This document shows positions 27,057 through 40,866 of a DNA stretch of 64,000 nucleotides, one piece after another. The notes below the pieces were generated by a model that did no database searches, was not told the origin of the DNA, and saw only the letters and a list, made by a program, of their open reading frames with translations. Source of the DNA: Vermamoeba vermiformis (Eukaryota); NCBI GenBank assembly GCA_045837725.1, contig JBEWZL010000156.1, positions 62,001 through 126,000 on the forward strand. Direction: 5' to 3'. The translations under genes and the position numbers were made by a program. How positions within the stretch are numbered: the stretch's first letter is position 1; every line of letters begins with the position of its first letter.

Positions 27057-27286
27057 GTTTGGACTTGGAAAATAAGTAATTTAACTTCAATATTTCTGCG
27101 ACAAATCGTATGACGGTTACATCGAATTCGTTCCGTATAATAACCTTATAGCGATAATTAGCCGGAATCTCATGAAATCACAATTTTCTATTTTTAGCAT
27201 TTCGGGCTACGATAAAATACTTCGCACTGCGCTTATTTACTATTGTACCTTTAACTTACAAAACAACGGTTCGTTGGTAATACCAA

Positions 27287-29987
27287 ATGAAGCCTTTAGT
27301 TGTTTTGCTAATTCTATTCGGAGTCGTCGGTTGGATCACCGCCACGATTACTCTAGCTAACTCTGGCTATCCAATGCCTGGAGCAAATCCTCAACGTAAT
27401 TCCAAAGTAGACAAACCGGTAGGTCATACGACAATTAGCAATTGTTGAATTGTGGGTATTTTTTAATTTTAATTTTCGAAGATCTTAAAAAAATATTCTG
27501 TTCTCCATTGTCATTTGAGAAATTGCAACCTTTAAATGTATATTTTTTAATGGCCCAGAAAAAATTAATTTGCCTTCAGGTTCGTTGCTCTGCGGTTTCA
27601 AATGGCAAGACAACGGTCTTAAACGTAATTTGGCGCTTCCCTTCAGACCCGAATAGCTCTATGCAGGTCCAGCAGAGCTCATACGACCTTATTCAGGATA
27701 GCAAGGTATGAAAATTAAGTCTAATCCGCATCTTACCTTTCTTAAAAATAGGGGGTCGGTTACGTTCTGATCTATGATTCAGGCCCTAAAATATTCAAAG
27801 TTAATACATCGGATGGCACATATGATCCATTGTTGTAGTATGTACTTAGCCAATTTAGGATCGCATCCGATCTCACGTTTTGTTAGCTTCGTTCCCGAAG
27901 AACAGCCTCTGCTAACAATGCTTGAAGAGAACAAGTTCTATTTTTCTGGAACTTCTTCAACAAATGTCATCAACACCATCACCCTGGCCCAAACTATAAG
28001 TTACAGCGATCCGTTCAGCTTTGGTGTGGTACCCATGGTACCGTACAAAAATGATTGGCTGGTCAAAGTCAGACCTGCGACCGACCTCGCGAGAACAGAT
28101 GCCCTACTGTACTTCCAAGATTCAACTTCTGTGCCTGACGCCCAGCAGCCAAACATCAACGGTGACTTCACCGGCACGACCATCAAGCCCGAAGTGTTGG
28201 TGTACAAATCAACCACAAGCTCCACGGAATTTCCCGTCATTGTTGCGGGACCTACCGAACTCGGTGGCTCTTCTATCGTGGCGTCTCCAACGTACTTCAA
28301 AACTTTGAATGTTAATATCTTTAACCACCAGATTGTTGACGATGAGGTCATCTTGATGCATCAATCGTCAGTCAGTGGTGCTGGTGGATTACTCAAACTC
28401 GACGCCGTAAGTAGTTTAAGCAAGTCATGGGATTTGGCAAACGGTCTCGTGAAATTTCATTGAAAACTAACTTGATAGCAGGTCACTGGAGCCATTACGT
28501 TGAACAAAACTTATACCGATTTGAACGGCCAGACTTTCTATATGAACGCCAACTCGTTGATCTATCACAACGGTAAAGCGTTAACTCATGTCTACAGCAA
28601 CAATCAGGTAAGAGAAGCGAATGATATAATTATAACTTCTCGCTTAATGTTTCGCCAATTAGGCATATTTCATGGAGTTAGTGACCGGCCAATTGATCCC
28701 TACAAACGACTTCATTCCTGAAAACCGCATGTTAACTTTTTCTAACGGTACGTACTACATGTTGCCTGACATGACATATACTAATAACATCATATATAGT
28801 TGATCAAACGGCGTTGTTATTGGGAACGTCTGCAAGATCGAGATACTTCGAGATTACGGGACGGGATTGGAGCACGTTCAAAGTCAACGTTCGCGCTCGC
28901 CTTCCCGATGGCGGATCCGACGCGACTTATGTACGTTAATAGTACTTGAGACTAATAGTATCACAGTGGTATTAACGGTCTATAATCTTAATTAGGGAAG
29001 TGTCGTGCTTGGCGACAATTGCCGAGTTCACGTTAGCATCAACCACGTGCTTTATACTTTGGCGCCAATGCCCATTCAAAACGTTGTTCCAATTCTCGAG
29101 TGTGTTGATCGCAACACGAGAATAGGATACTTCACTTACAACAATACTGGCTCTCTTGCCTTCTCCATCCCACAAGTTGATGACAGAAACAATCTTTCAC
29201 CAATCGTAAGTGATTCGATGTAGTCAATGCAGTTCTAATCTTATGGTTGTGACCTAGAACGTGGCACCAGTTGAAGTCTTCTCAGTGGGTCTTGGTCCGA
29301 ACTTCCCATTCTCTTCGCAAGTACTGCTGAATGCAAGTGACTCGTACACTTGGGTGCTTGAAGACTACGTGCTAACATTCACAATCACCCCTGATCTCTA
29401 CTGTCCCGAGTGTAAGTCCTGCTGACAACATGTACATCATGAAATTGATGATGATGACGGAGCATTTTGTAGCGATCAACATTGTGATCACCTTGACGGG
29501 AGACAGTCCATTCCCTGCTGGCTTCAATCTCATTGTACGAGATACATTCGTCAACGTGACTGGCATCAGCGGCAGTCGTGTCACATTGGTCACGCAGAAA
29601 CGATCCATCGAGCAACAACAGAGCACATTAGAAACTGAACTTGAGATCGCTCCTGGTGAGTAACAACAATAAATATATTTAGCCGCGGCGTCTCATCGTA
29701 GAACAGATCCAAACAATAAAGAACCTACACCAGCGCAAGTAGTCCAAGACTTCACGCAATCACAACAATACACATTCCAGCAGCAAATTCAACAACAAGA
29801 AGGAGCACCAGCAAATATTGATGTTGGTCTCTCTGGCAAGACCCAATCATCTGCTGTTCAAGGTGAAATTCCACCTGAACCAGTCGCAACACCAATGACG
29901 GTGCCAATAACTCAAAAGACCTCACCTGCCAGTGTTGTGCAAGTTGTTTGGTGTCTTATCCTAGCTCTCCTATTGGCAAGTTATTAA
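27287..29987 (+). CDS. Surface-protein family copy 5
   Basis: MKPLVVLLILFGVVGWITATITLANSGYPMPGANPQRN, PMPIQNVVPILECVD and TQKRSIEQ, ending VVWCLILALLLASY*. Confidence 0.85.
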
Positions 29988-30048
29988 AGGAACCGACCAG
30001 GTCAAAGTAGTGAATCTGTATTAAAATATTTAAATTTATTATGATTTT

Positions 30049-33000
30049 TTACGCTTTTTTCACTTTTCCTGCGCCAAACAAGCCCAACAAATCGCTCATG
30101 GCACCACCAAAACCCTAAAAATGAATAGTTAGAACTACTATGACACCTGTCAATGTCACATTACGTACTCTGATCAGAATATAGAGAACGGCACCGTAAG
30201 CCAAAACACCGACGGAGATGAACATGTCAAAATAGAACGGCTTGGACTTAAATGCAGTCATTTGTCCGCTCGTGCTGTCGTAGAAAGCAATTTCATCGCT
30301 CGAAGTAGCGAGGGTGAAAGTTTGACGGGAGACGTCAGTCGTGTACTGGCTCAATGTTCGCTCCAATCCGGAGATGATCGTGTGGTTCTTTTCAGTGAAC
30401 GGGAACATGCGCGGGTACGAGGCCAAAGTCTCGAGCCAAGCGCCAATGAATTGATTGTCAACAGCCAACGAACCTTCGAAGATGTTGGTCTGAGTGTCAG
30501 TGCCGTAAATGTACTTGGCCAATGACTCAGCAACAAATTTGATGTTCTTTGCCAAACGATCGATATTCGCATGACGACTAACGATAACCGTGCATTAGTA
30601 CGGAAAAAAAGTTGGAAAAAGTAGAACGGATCCGACCAGATCCAGACAACGTAGTACCACTCGTATTCGATGTATTATGTAGATGAGCTAGTATATGCAT
30701 ATAGCTGCCAAGTACTTACGTGTCATCAAACAAGCCACCGCGCAAGTTGATAGGAACAGCGGCAGCATGGGATGAAATAGTGCCGGCAGCGATTCTTTGA
30801 CGTGAAAAGCGCTCGTGTTGCCAGTTGACGTCCCACTGCGAGTTGTTGATCTTCTTTTGCACCACTTCGAATTGGAGTCCGTGAGCCTTGGCAGTTTCAG
30901 TGAAATCCTGGTTCATGAACCAACGTCAGTAATCTCCAACGTTCACAATGATAGCAGAAAGTAGCAGATGCAGATCCGATCTGGTAAATTTTTCAGCGGC
31001 TCTACTTACGTTGTACAACTTGATAATATGCTTTTGCTTAGGAGGTCTTGAGACAAACAAGTTAGCACCGTCCTTTGCGCCCATCAACGAGTCCAGAGAC
31101 AACACGAATTCAATGTTGTCCAAGATCTTCTCGTCAGTGTTGTCTAACCAGTACTTGGTACCTAAAGGAAGACATTAGCAATAAATAACAAATCCTATAT
31201 TCAATTTCGAATTTAAGAACGCTAATCCGTACCAGATCAAAAAGTTCGATCCAAAATTGGACAAACAATTTAAATCGAAATAAGATTAAATCATGAGTGC
31301 ATGTATTCGTAGCATGCTTAAAGCACCTACCAGCATAATTAACGCTATCACCAGCAGTCAACAAGAACAACAAGTTGTATCGACCAGCGTTCTTTTCACT
31401 GCTCGCGTACAATTTGCTGAACAAGCGTGCCAATTCCAAGACGGAGACTACACCGCTGCCGTTGTCGTCTGCACCGCTGTTGAGGCTCTGAACAAAATAG
31501 TCAAATTAGGACCCGGCGCATAGTGCAAAAAGTAGCACGAGTAACGCGATCGAAATTTTCAAAAATCAAAAATTTAAATCGTCGTAATTAAATAATTCTA
31601 CGATTGTGTTCATTTTCTTAATATAGACGAAGTATGTTATAATATTATTCTAGGAATTAAAGTACTTACAGGTGCAGTATTGATGCCGTCGTATCGGGCC
31701 ACAAGAGCAATAGTCGGCAACATAGCATTGATAGACTTGTTCGATTCAGTCTTAGGACTCTTCTTCGTCTTTTTCTTCGTAGATTTCTTGGTCGAAGAAC
31801 TCGATTCTTCTTTTTCCTTTTCGGGCAATCGAGCGTCCTCTTCATCAGCACCCTCGTCACTCGCGTTTTTCAACTCTTCGTTCACGCTGCTAGTGCCGAC
31901 TCCAGCCAACCAACCCTACAATGTCATTAGCACTAGGCACCTTATATAAATATAATAAACGGATAGTAAATATAAATAAATTTTCCTCAAAAAAAGCGCA
32001 TCCACATCCGCCTATGCGAAAAAAATAAACTTGCTTATTTAAGCATAAATTTCATTACTATGCCAATATAATTATTAAAGGCCCTATTGTGGTACATTAT
32101 GCCGTATAATATCATTGTGAATGCACTACTAAGTTCGTACCTGAATGTTAGTGGCGAAGACATCGCGGCTAGTGCTGACAAGTTTGCTCTCGCGCAAATT
32201 GACGACGAGACGGTACTCTTTGGGATCGAGCACAGCTGTCCACGAGGATGAACTTTTTTGGTCCTTGTCCGTGGAGACTGAGGTCTTGTCGATTTCCTTA
32301 TGCGAAAAAGTCAGTACTCGTGAGATCAAACTATTTTGCAATAGTTAAACGAATTTTCGTATAGCAAATATGCTGATATACTATCCATAATAGAATTGAT
32401 GCAAATATAATTTAAACGGCTAAATTTAAAGGGTTCTACGGAAGCCTCAAAAAAAAGCGGATCTGGAAATTTTGACGGACCAAAATAAGTAGGAGTGACA
32501 TTATAATATAGCAAAAATTATGTAATATCGTGCTTACTTGATAAAGCTTGTTGAGTTCTTCAGAGCTGTAAGCAAAGTACACGGGGAACGGAATAGTTTG
32601 CTGCAACAAAAAGCGCTCGGTTTCAGCGGTCCATTTGCTGGATGAACCAGCGTTCGAAGAATTCTGCATTGAAAATATTATTATAATACAATTTGCAAAC
32701 GATTTAGACGGCAGATCACCAGCCTCGATCCAAAATGTTTTCTTTCATGAACTTATGCTCATCTCCGAGATGATAAATGAATAGCCACACGTGTAACAAA
32801 TGTTATATTTAAAATTATTAAGCATTTTTACCTGCGCAGGAAGCAACAAAAGCAATCCGCCAGCTTTCTTGTCCACAAGCTGAAAAAATTTTCAAATTAG
32901 TTTCACGTCTTATTCCTGTTCTTCTAAATTATTTATACAATAATTGGCATAAATTAACGCGTTAAATATTTGTGGAAAAGTAGGCCAGATGTCGAGCCAA

Positions 33001-33335
33001 AAAAAATATCTACAATTATTTTATAAAATTAAATTAACTAGAGGGCTCGATAATATTGCACATAAAATTACCTTTTGATAAGTAGCTTCATCAAATTGAT
33101 CAACAGGAGTGACAATGACTAATTTTGACCAAGATTCGGATGACGCTTTCAAAGTCGCTGCCAATAAATTCAATGTAGTCTTTTGAGGTCCGTAATGTAC
33201 TCCCTCTTTATCATATTGTACCATTCTATGTACATCGAATACGTGCGCTGCATCTGCTGGCAAGATCTGAGAGACGCAGATCATGCAGAAGATCACGAGC
33301 GACAGGACCACTTTATTGTTCATTGATCGAATCAT
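30049..33335 (-). CDS. NCLN: Nicalin (nicastrin-like ER membrane protein)
   Basis: AHVFDVHRMVQYD, IPFPVYFA, TNIQGWLAG, LPTIALVARYD, ADDNGSGVVSVLELARLFSKLY, YNLLFLLTAG, WQHERFS and KSKPFYFDMF followed by a C-terminal TM. The start is at 33335 or 33323. Confidence 0.9.
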
Positions 33336-33447
33336 AAATAATATGGGTCCTATTGTGCACTTATGATTAAAAAAAATCCGACAAAACGCCAAAGGAAAAG
33401 AGCTGTTTTTTTCAGAACTGTTCTGTGCCCAAAGAAACACAAACACA

Positions 33448-35062
33448 ATGGCGCTAGTAGAAGATCGTGCCTTATATTTAGTATTCGCTAATAGGTTTAA
33501 CAAGGTCGAGTTTGCCGCGTCTAAGAAATCTGTATCGCAGCTAAAAGATTTTCTGCGTAAAAATCATAGGCAATTCTGGGCCAGTAAGTCCCACGATATT
33601 AAAAACATATCGTTAAAATTAAATTAGAAGCTTTATAGATTGTGAATGGTATTTTAATGGAAGAATACTGGAGGACGGAGATGTGGGGCGATTAAAAAAT
33701 TACGCCTCAATCCAGTGCGTTAATCCTAACGCTGAAATAACAGTGCAGGTACAAAACAATAATATTTTGTATTACACTTGATACATTAATTCTGGAATTG
33801 AATTTCGTTTGCGATCTTGATCCAACGGCTAACGTCTCTGTAGGTCTTCTTAAAGGTACAGAAATGACTACATCTTATGGTGGGCTAATACATTGTTAGA
33901 CTCTAACTGGCAAAACGGTCACGCTTGAAGTGGATTTGTCCCAACCCATCTTCAGTATAAAACAAGCGGTCAGTATTGAAAACCTACCAAATAAATTATT
34001 ATACATATAGTAATACTTATTTTTAATATTAGATTCAAAATAAAGAAGGAATACCGCCAGACCAACAAAAATTGATATTTGCCGGAAAGCAACTTGAAGA
34101 CAATAGAACTATTGAAGACTACAACATTACGAAGGGTAATTACTATCAGTATACTCACACCGTCGGCTGTAACGAAATTTATAGAAAGCACGCTCCATTT
34201 GGTGATAAGATTACGTGGACAAGGTCACGAAAGTCTACGGTTCAATGCGAAATGTTCCGGACCTGGTCGTCATTCTTTTATCGAACTGCCGTTTGCGTCT
34301 ACTCAAGGATTTATACCAAACCCACAAAAAATTCTTTCGAGCGTTGCCGGCATTGTTCAAGTAAGTTGTAATATTTTTACATAACGGAGTTAATTTTATT
34401 TTCAGATCCTGAATGACAAAGAGCAGCCAATAGAAGGAAAATTCGTTATAAAAGGTGAAAAGGGCCGGTACAGTATTGCATGGGAGCCATCGGTCCCATT
34501 GTATCCTGGCTTGTACAACGTTAAGTACTCGATCTGCCCTGGTTACAAATCACTCGTAGAAGCAGGATGGGGCTGGGGATTCCATTCAGAACATTATTTA
34601 TGTGGACTAGATGATATTTTCTCGGAAGAAAAGTGGTTTATGCATGACATTGATCTAACCAAAAAAGATTCAATTTTTAAAGTTCGACGAGGAAATGATG
34701 GATGGCGAGCGATGGTCGTTTCATTGGCAAAAGACAGTTATATACAGAATGATCTAATCAATATGCTAAAAAGAAATATTGCAGCCACTTTTGATGTCTC
34801 CGAACAAGATCTATTGTCGATCAAGACGGACGATGTTGATATTGAAGATGATTATGACGTTATGGAGCTTAAAAATAGCGACATTATTACATTTACAACA
34901 AAAGAACGAAATAATAACGAAAATAATAGCCACAAAGACGCGCAGATCGCGAAATTGCAGGCAGAATTGAACGAGGTGAATGGCAAGTACAAACAGTTGT
35001 TAACCGAACACGAGGCACTTAAAGAGAAGATGAATAGAGCCATCAATGAATTGTTAATGTAA
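33448..35062 (+). CDS. Ubiquitin-like domain protein with C-terminal coiled coil
   Basis: Spliced [15 protein letters not shown]...[48 protein letters not shown] includes a 12-nt micro-exon. An upstream degenerate UBL-like segment ([11 protein letters not shown]) and a C-terminal heptad region are present. Confidence 0.8.
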
Positions 35063-35387
35063 CGCTGGACCAGCTGTAATCCATTATTCTTTTTGAGCCG
35101 GCAGGTGCGCTCTTTATTCTTGAGGCAAAAAAGACTTTATTTGGTTAATAAAAAGGCTTTAGCAACCAATATCTTTATTTTGAACAATAAATATTCGAAA
35201 TGACCCTTTTTTACGTTCGGAACCGTTGCAAAATTTTGGGGAGTGCCTTTCGTTGACGTGTTGTTCACTTATTTCTGTTTTTTTAGACTAGACACCACCT
35301 GTATATATTCGCTAGGTGTTTTGTATACATTAGATATCTATACGCGTTGTACATTGGAAGTTCATTATTTTATTGGACGAAGCTACG

Positions 35388-37549
35388 ATGCCTAGTGTAA
35401 TTTTAGCTACCGCAGGATATGACCATACTATTAGATTGTGGGAAGTACCTACTGGTTATTGCTATAGAACTCTACAGTTTGCCGAATCCGTAAGTAAAAA
35501 AAAATAAATTGTGAAAATTATTCTAGTCGCGTAAAATTCCAAATAATTATCAATTATTACTGTAAATAATATATAGGTATTATTAGAGAGGACTAATTAA
35601 TTTTCTATGGCAGCAAATCAATAAAATCGAAATATCTCCTAATAAACAATATATCATCGCTGGTGGTAACCCTCAAATTAAATTATTTGAAGTTGGAGGC
35701 AACAATCCTCAAGCGGTAAGTATTTATTAATGTTATTCGATTGATACTGAAAATTAATGGATGCTGTAACTGATCGGATCTGATTTTCGCTTTAGATATC
35801 CACTTATAATGGTCACAAAGGCAATATAACATCATTAGGCTTTCATAAAGAAGGTCAATGGTTTTATTCAGCAGCTGAAGACGGCACAGTCAAGATCTGG
35901 GATATCAGGTACGAATCTACGCTTAGATATTGTTCGTAATTAAATCAATACCATATATTTATATCAAAATACCATTATCATTGTACGCACGAGACGATTA
36001 GTCTTTAAACGTTTCTCTAAGCAAATTCAATTTCGAAACCAAATCCGATCAAACTTGAAAGAGCTTAATTTCGATTTAAATGCTTGCTATAGATCTCCTA
36101 ATGCACATTCACGCGAATTTACCTATACTGAGCCATGCACTACTGTCGCATTGCATCCTAATCAAGAAGAATTTATTTGCGGCTATCAAAATGGAGTTAT
36201 TCGAGTTTATGATATTGGAACCAACGAATGTACCTCTGAATTTGTAAGTTAATACCTCTACGATAATATAGAGCTAAATAATAATGAGCACAACAAATTT
36301 TGTAGCCTCTTGGATCAAGCTGAAGATCCCGATCGAGTCTTACTCAACTCTTTTATTTTCAAACCTTATTGTTATTTATAAATCAAAATAATAGTACTAA
36401 TACTGATACTTTTTTATAGTTACCAGATGATGACACACCAATCCGTTCAATTACAATTAATTCATTAGGCTCGCATTGTGTTATCGCTAACAACAGAGGT
36501 AATTCACTATTTAATATATAAGCAAGTGATATATAGCAGGTATTAATTAATGATTTTTTATTATATAGGCATGTGCTATGGTTACAGTTTCCGTCAAGGC
36601 GACATTGCACAAGCGGCACTCGATCAGAAGTGGGAGGCACACAAGAGATACGTGTTGAAAGCACAATTTAGTCCTGATTCTAAGTACGTATAGTATTAGT
36701 GTATTTAAGAACACTATAGAATGCGAGATAATCAAGAAAAAAATCGGATCTGCATCCGGTGATCCGCATCTATTTTTGCCTGTATAATGCTTAGTTTCAT
36801 TTCGCAAATTATTATATATATATTACCTAAGTCCTATTATGATACTATAATACTATTAACCTTATTAAATCTTATCATACTGATATTTCGATGGTGTTTT
36901 TAGGCTACTCGCAACAACATCAGCGGACCACACAGTCAAAGTGTGGCACACGGGCATTAACTACGTTGAACGCGTTGACGACGATGACGAGTTAAATCCA
37001 CGAACAACAGTCGAAGTACAATTGAACAATACATATGAATTGAACAAATTATTGACGGGTCATCAACGATGGGTCTGGGACTGCGTGTTTTCATCTGATT
37101 CTGCCTATTTAATTACAGGTAATTACACTATAATAGTTATCACTCTCGCGATAGGACCATTTTTAGCATGAAATTTTTATCGTTGTGGATCACGTACTTT
37201 GAGTTACGCTATCATCTCCTCGTGAAACCATATAGCGTATTTATATAGTGCATCGTATAATAGATGCCGTTAATTAATAGTGTTCAAAACATGAGCGATA
37301 TTTGTTAACTACCGACTTGTTTTGACACGTGTCAAATTAGCATCAAGCACCAATTTGGTTCTAACCATGATAAGGCCCTGATGAATGACTTCGATTATGA
37401 TACTAATGGATTATTTATTATTAGCATCCTCCGATCATTCAAGCAGACTTTGGGACTTGCAACAAGGTGAAACTATTCGAACGTACACTGGTCATCATAA
37501 GGCTGTTATGAGCGTTGCTTTGAATGACGCGGAAGTAAATTATTCTTAG
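35388..37549 (+). CDS. LST8: TOR complex subunit LST8 (WD40)
   Basis: [91 protein letters not shown] and YTGHHKAV. Confidence 0.95.
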
Positions 37550-37625
37550 AAATAATAAAAATGTTACTACCACCGGACTCGACACAAAAGGAGCTGTTTA
37601 TTTGTATCGAAAAGGAGCTACATTT

Positions 37626-38234
37626 TTAACCTAAAGGGCACCAAGAACAAGGCGGGCAGCTGTCACTAATGACGGGGAATCCGTGATAGCAATCTCCAGG
37701 GCCACCACATGGCGCGACTCCATTGCCAGCATTGTTAGCGCAGCAGCGGCGATGACAAACGATGAAACCAATGATGTAAGCTCTTTTGATTCCTTCTACG
37801 GCTGCTGTCTTGGTCGAATTTTTTGTGCTGTCGAACGAGAACGTGGCTTGAGTTGGGACGTCACGGACTACAGGAATGCCAATCTTCTCCATGGAGTCGT
37901 AGTATTTCTCTCGAAAGGTTTTGCCGGTGCTAGTGGCTAAGGACCCAGTGCTAGACATTCGGTGTTGCGCGTGCAAGTGGACCTCCCATCGTTGGTCAGG
38001 AGTCAATTTTTCATACATTGCAGCTTCTTCTTTTGCAAGTGGCTCGAGTACGCTAAGGACCGTACTTCGAATGTCACCGATGAATTCACCTTTGATAAGA
38101 GCATCCTCGGCAAGTGCAATCAGAGGAGAAACAGTAGCTATGTGTTCATCGATCATGTGCTTGGCTTCGTCTACGAGAGTGGCTGCAGAGATAGCCAAGA
38201 GTGAAATTAAGATAAGTACTTTTGTTGTGTTCAT
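37626..38234 (-). CDS. Secreted prepropeptide with a C-terminal 8-cysteine peptide (intronless)
   Basis: Signal peptide MNTTKVLILISLLAISAA, a Cys-free pro-region, then KR followed by AYIIGFIVCHRRCC...CPPCSWCPLG. Confidence 0.7.
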   Translation of the reverse strand: MNTTKVLILISLLAISAATLVDEAKHMIDEHIATVSPLIALAEDALIKGEFIGDIRSTVLSVLEPLAKEEAAMYEKLTPDQRWEVHLHAQHRMSSTGSLATSTGKTFREKYYDSMEKIGIPVVRDVPTQATFSFDSTKNSTKTAAVEGIKRAYIIGFIVCHRRCCANNAGNGVAPCGGPGDCYHGFPVISDSCPPCSWCPLG

Positions 38235-38550
38235 GTTGTTACTTTGTTACGAAATACTTTCAACCGCACTCTTGTTTAAATAATTTCGCTTCAAGAATAG
38301 GCTCTAGATTTCTATTAGTAATGCGCCTATTCTATGTCATCAATGAAAACTCAGATAGTATAACGATGAATTTCGACAAAGAATTGAAATACGAAGAATA
38401 CAAAATTAATTCTTTGTGATTCGCGCCGGTTCCGAACTTTTTCTTTATTAAGGACGAAATTGTGCAATAAAACACGTAAAAGCTGCTCTATTCATCTTTT
38501 TCTTGTCCTAGTCCGATGGTTCTTCATCACTGCCACTACCATCACTATTA

Positions 38551-39484
38551 TCACCTTTCTTCAATGCTGTTCTCGCACTCTTGATATCTCTCGCACGCTT
38601 CACATCGCGGCAATTTGCACCGGTAACAGTCACCTCCTGTCTGTTCATCGCATTAGAGCAGGTAGTGAAGGTTAATGTTTAAGAAGCTTACCGTGCCCAT
38701 TTCGTCACAATGTTCGCACTGCACAACACACTCTTTGCAGTGGTTTGTTTCGTAACCGCCATCCACCGGACGTGGATACCGCGCCTTGACCTCACAGTCC
38801 AAACAAAAACTTTCCTCACAAGATTCGCATTCGAAAGCTTGGAATGGCGTTTCCTTTTTGCAAACCTTGCATTCGTATATCGAATAATAAAGTTTCCATT
38901 TCAGTTCCGTTCCGTAATTCTTGGTGCAATTTTCACAGCTTACGAAAATATCTTCGTTTTCTGGTGTGAAATTTTTGAGCTTGGTCTCGCATACAGGGCA
39001 CTGCACGCTCTTAAATTTCGGTTTCTTGTTATTAGAGCTAACGTATGTACAGCTGAATATCTTCATTCTGGAAAAGCAGGTAAGAAAAGATGGCTGGAGC
39101 TCGAGATCGACTCGTTTTCCGAGAATTTCATGGTGATAGGACTTACTTCGTATAGAATGGCACAAATTTTTCGTTTGGCATATCTTTCATGTGTTTTTGA
39201 TAGAATTGAGGCCACATGGATGAACTAATTGAATGCCAGATCTTGACAATCATTGCGTTGATGGATTTTGATGCTAATCGCAATTGCCGTTGCTCCTTCA
39301 ATGCAATTTTCATATCATATTCTCCTAATGGCATGTCGGTGCCAAGGATTGTTTGCCAAATTTCAACGGGCAGATCTGGAAGGACTTTCGAATAATTGAA
39401 GTTAGATTAATCTATTTATGGAAATAAAAGCGAAATATTTTTTGTTTAATAAATTATGTTTTTTTGTTCCATACCTTGATCCAT
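38551..39484 (-). CDS. F-box-like protein with CxxC zinc-finger repeats, duplicate A (acidic tail lost by frameshift)
   Basis: MDQ|VLPDLPVEIWQTIL...LRLASKSINAMI, followed by CPVC, CENC, CKVC, CESC, CLDC, CKEC and CEHC. Confidence 0.65.
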
Positions 39485-39874
39485 TGAATCTTCAATTCGT
39501 CTTTTCTTTTTCTCATGGGACCTAGTATCGTCGCTAATCTCATCCGCCTTCCTTTTCATTTTCTGGTACTCCTTCTTGTCGGCAATTGTTTTTGTTTCAA
39601 TTGTGTTCGAGAGGTGCTTCTCCTGTCAAAAATGTCTTGTTCGTTTTGGATCAGGGGTTAGGGTTTGACTTTGTAATGGCGCGAATTAGGTTAAATCATC
39701 ATCGTCACGAATCATGACATCTTTTTAAAGCGCTAAACACTTTTTGAAGCCTTGATGACAGCCGCCGAAAACACAGCCAGACAAAGACGTTATACTGCGA
39801 ACTTACATTCTTTATTCAGGACACGCAATGTGCAATAAAATAAAACACGTAAACGTTGTTCTCATCTTTGGGTC

Positions 39875-40866
39875 CTAATCCGATGGTTCTTCATCACTGC
39901 CACTACGATCACTATCCTCACCACTTTCTTCAATGCTGTTCTCGCACTCTTGATATGTCTCGCACACTTCACATTGCGGCAATTTGCACCGGTCACACTC
40001 GCCTTCCGTCTGTTCAGAAAAAAGACTGCTTTTAGCAACAGATTGTAATGGTTAAAGTTCAAGGAGGCTTACGGTGCCCATTTCCCCGTCACAATGATCG
40101 CACTCCTCGACACACTCTTTGCAGTACTTTCTGGCGTAATTGCCATCCACGGGACCTAGATATTGAACCTCCTCCGCGCAGCTCCAACAAAAACTTTCAT
40201 TGCAAGCTTCGCATTCGAAAGCTTGGAATGGCGTTTCCTTCTTGCAAACCTTGCATTCGTATATCGAATAATAAAGTTTCCATTTCAGTTCCGTTCCGTA
40301 ATTCTTGGTGCAATTTTCACAGCTTACGAAAATATCTTCGTTTTCAAGCGTTAAATTTTTGAGCTTGGTCTTGCATACAGGGCACTTCACGCTCTTAAAC
40401 TTCGGTTTCTCGTCACTACAGCTGACGTACGTACAGCTAAATATCTTCATTCTGGTAATGCAGGTGAGAAAGATTGATGGAGATCGAGATCGACTCGTTT
40501 TCCGAGAATTTCATGGCGATAGGACTTACTTCGTATAGAATGGCACAAACTTTTCGTTTGGCATATCTTTCATTTGTTTTTGATAGAATTGAGGCCACAT
40601 GGATGAACTAATTGAATGCCAGATCTTAACAATCATTGCGTTGATTGATTTTGATGCTAATCGCAATTGCCGTTGCTCCTTCAATGCAATTTTCATATCA
40701 TATTCTCCTAATGGTATGTCGGTGCCAAGGATTGTTTGCCAAATTTCAACGGGCAGATCTGGAAGGACTTTCGAATAATTAAAGTTAATCTCATTTATGC
40801 GGAAAATAAAAGCGAGTATTTTTAGTTTAATAAATCAAGTTTTTTGTTCTCCTTACCTAGATCCAT
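39875..40866 (-). CDS. F-box-like protein with CxxC zinc-finger repeats, duplicate B
   Basis: Near-identical to duplicate A within a ~1.3-kb tandem unit (~38440-39727 vs ~39808-41116). Ends ENSIEESGEDSDRSGSDEEPSD*. Confidence 0.7.
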
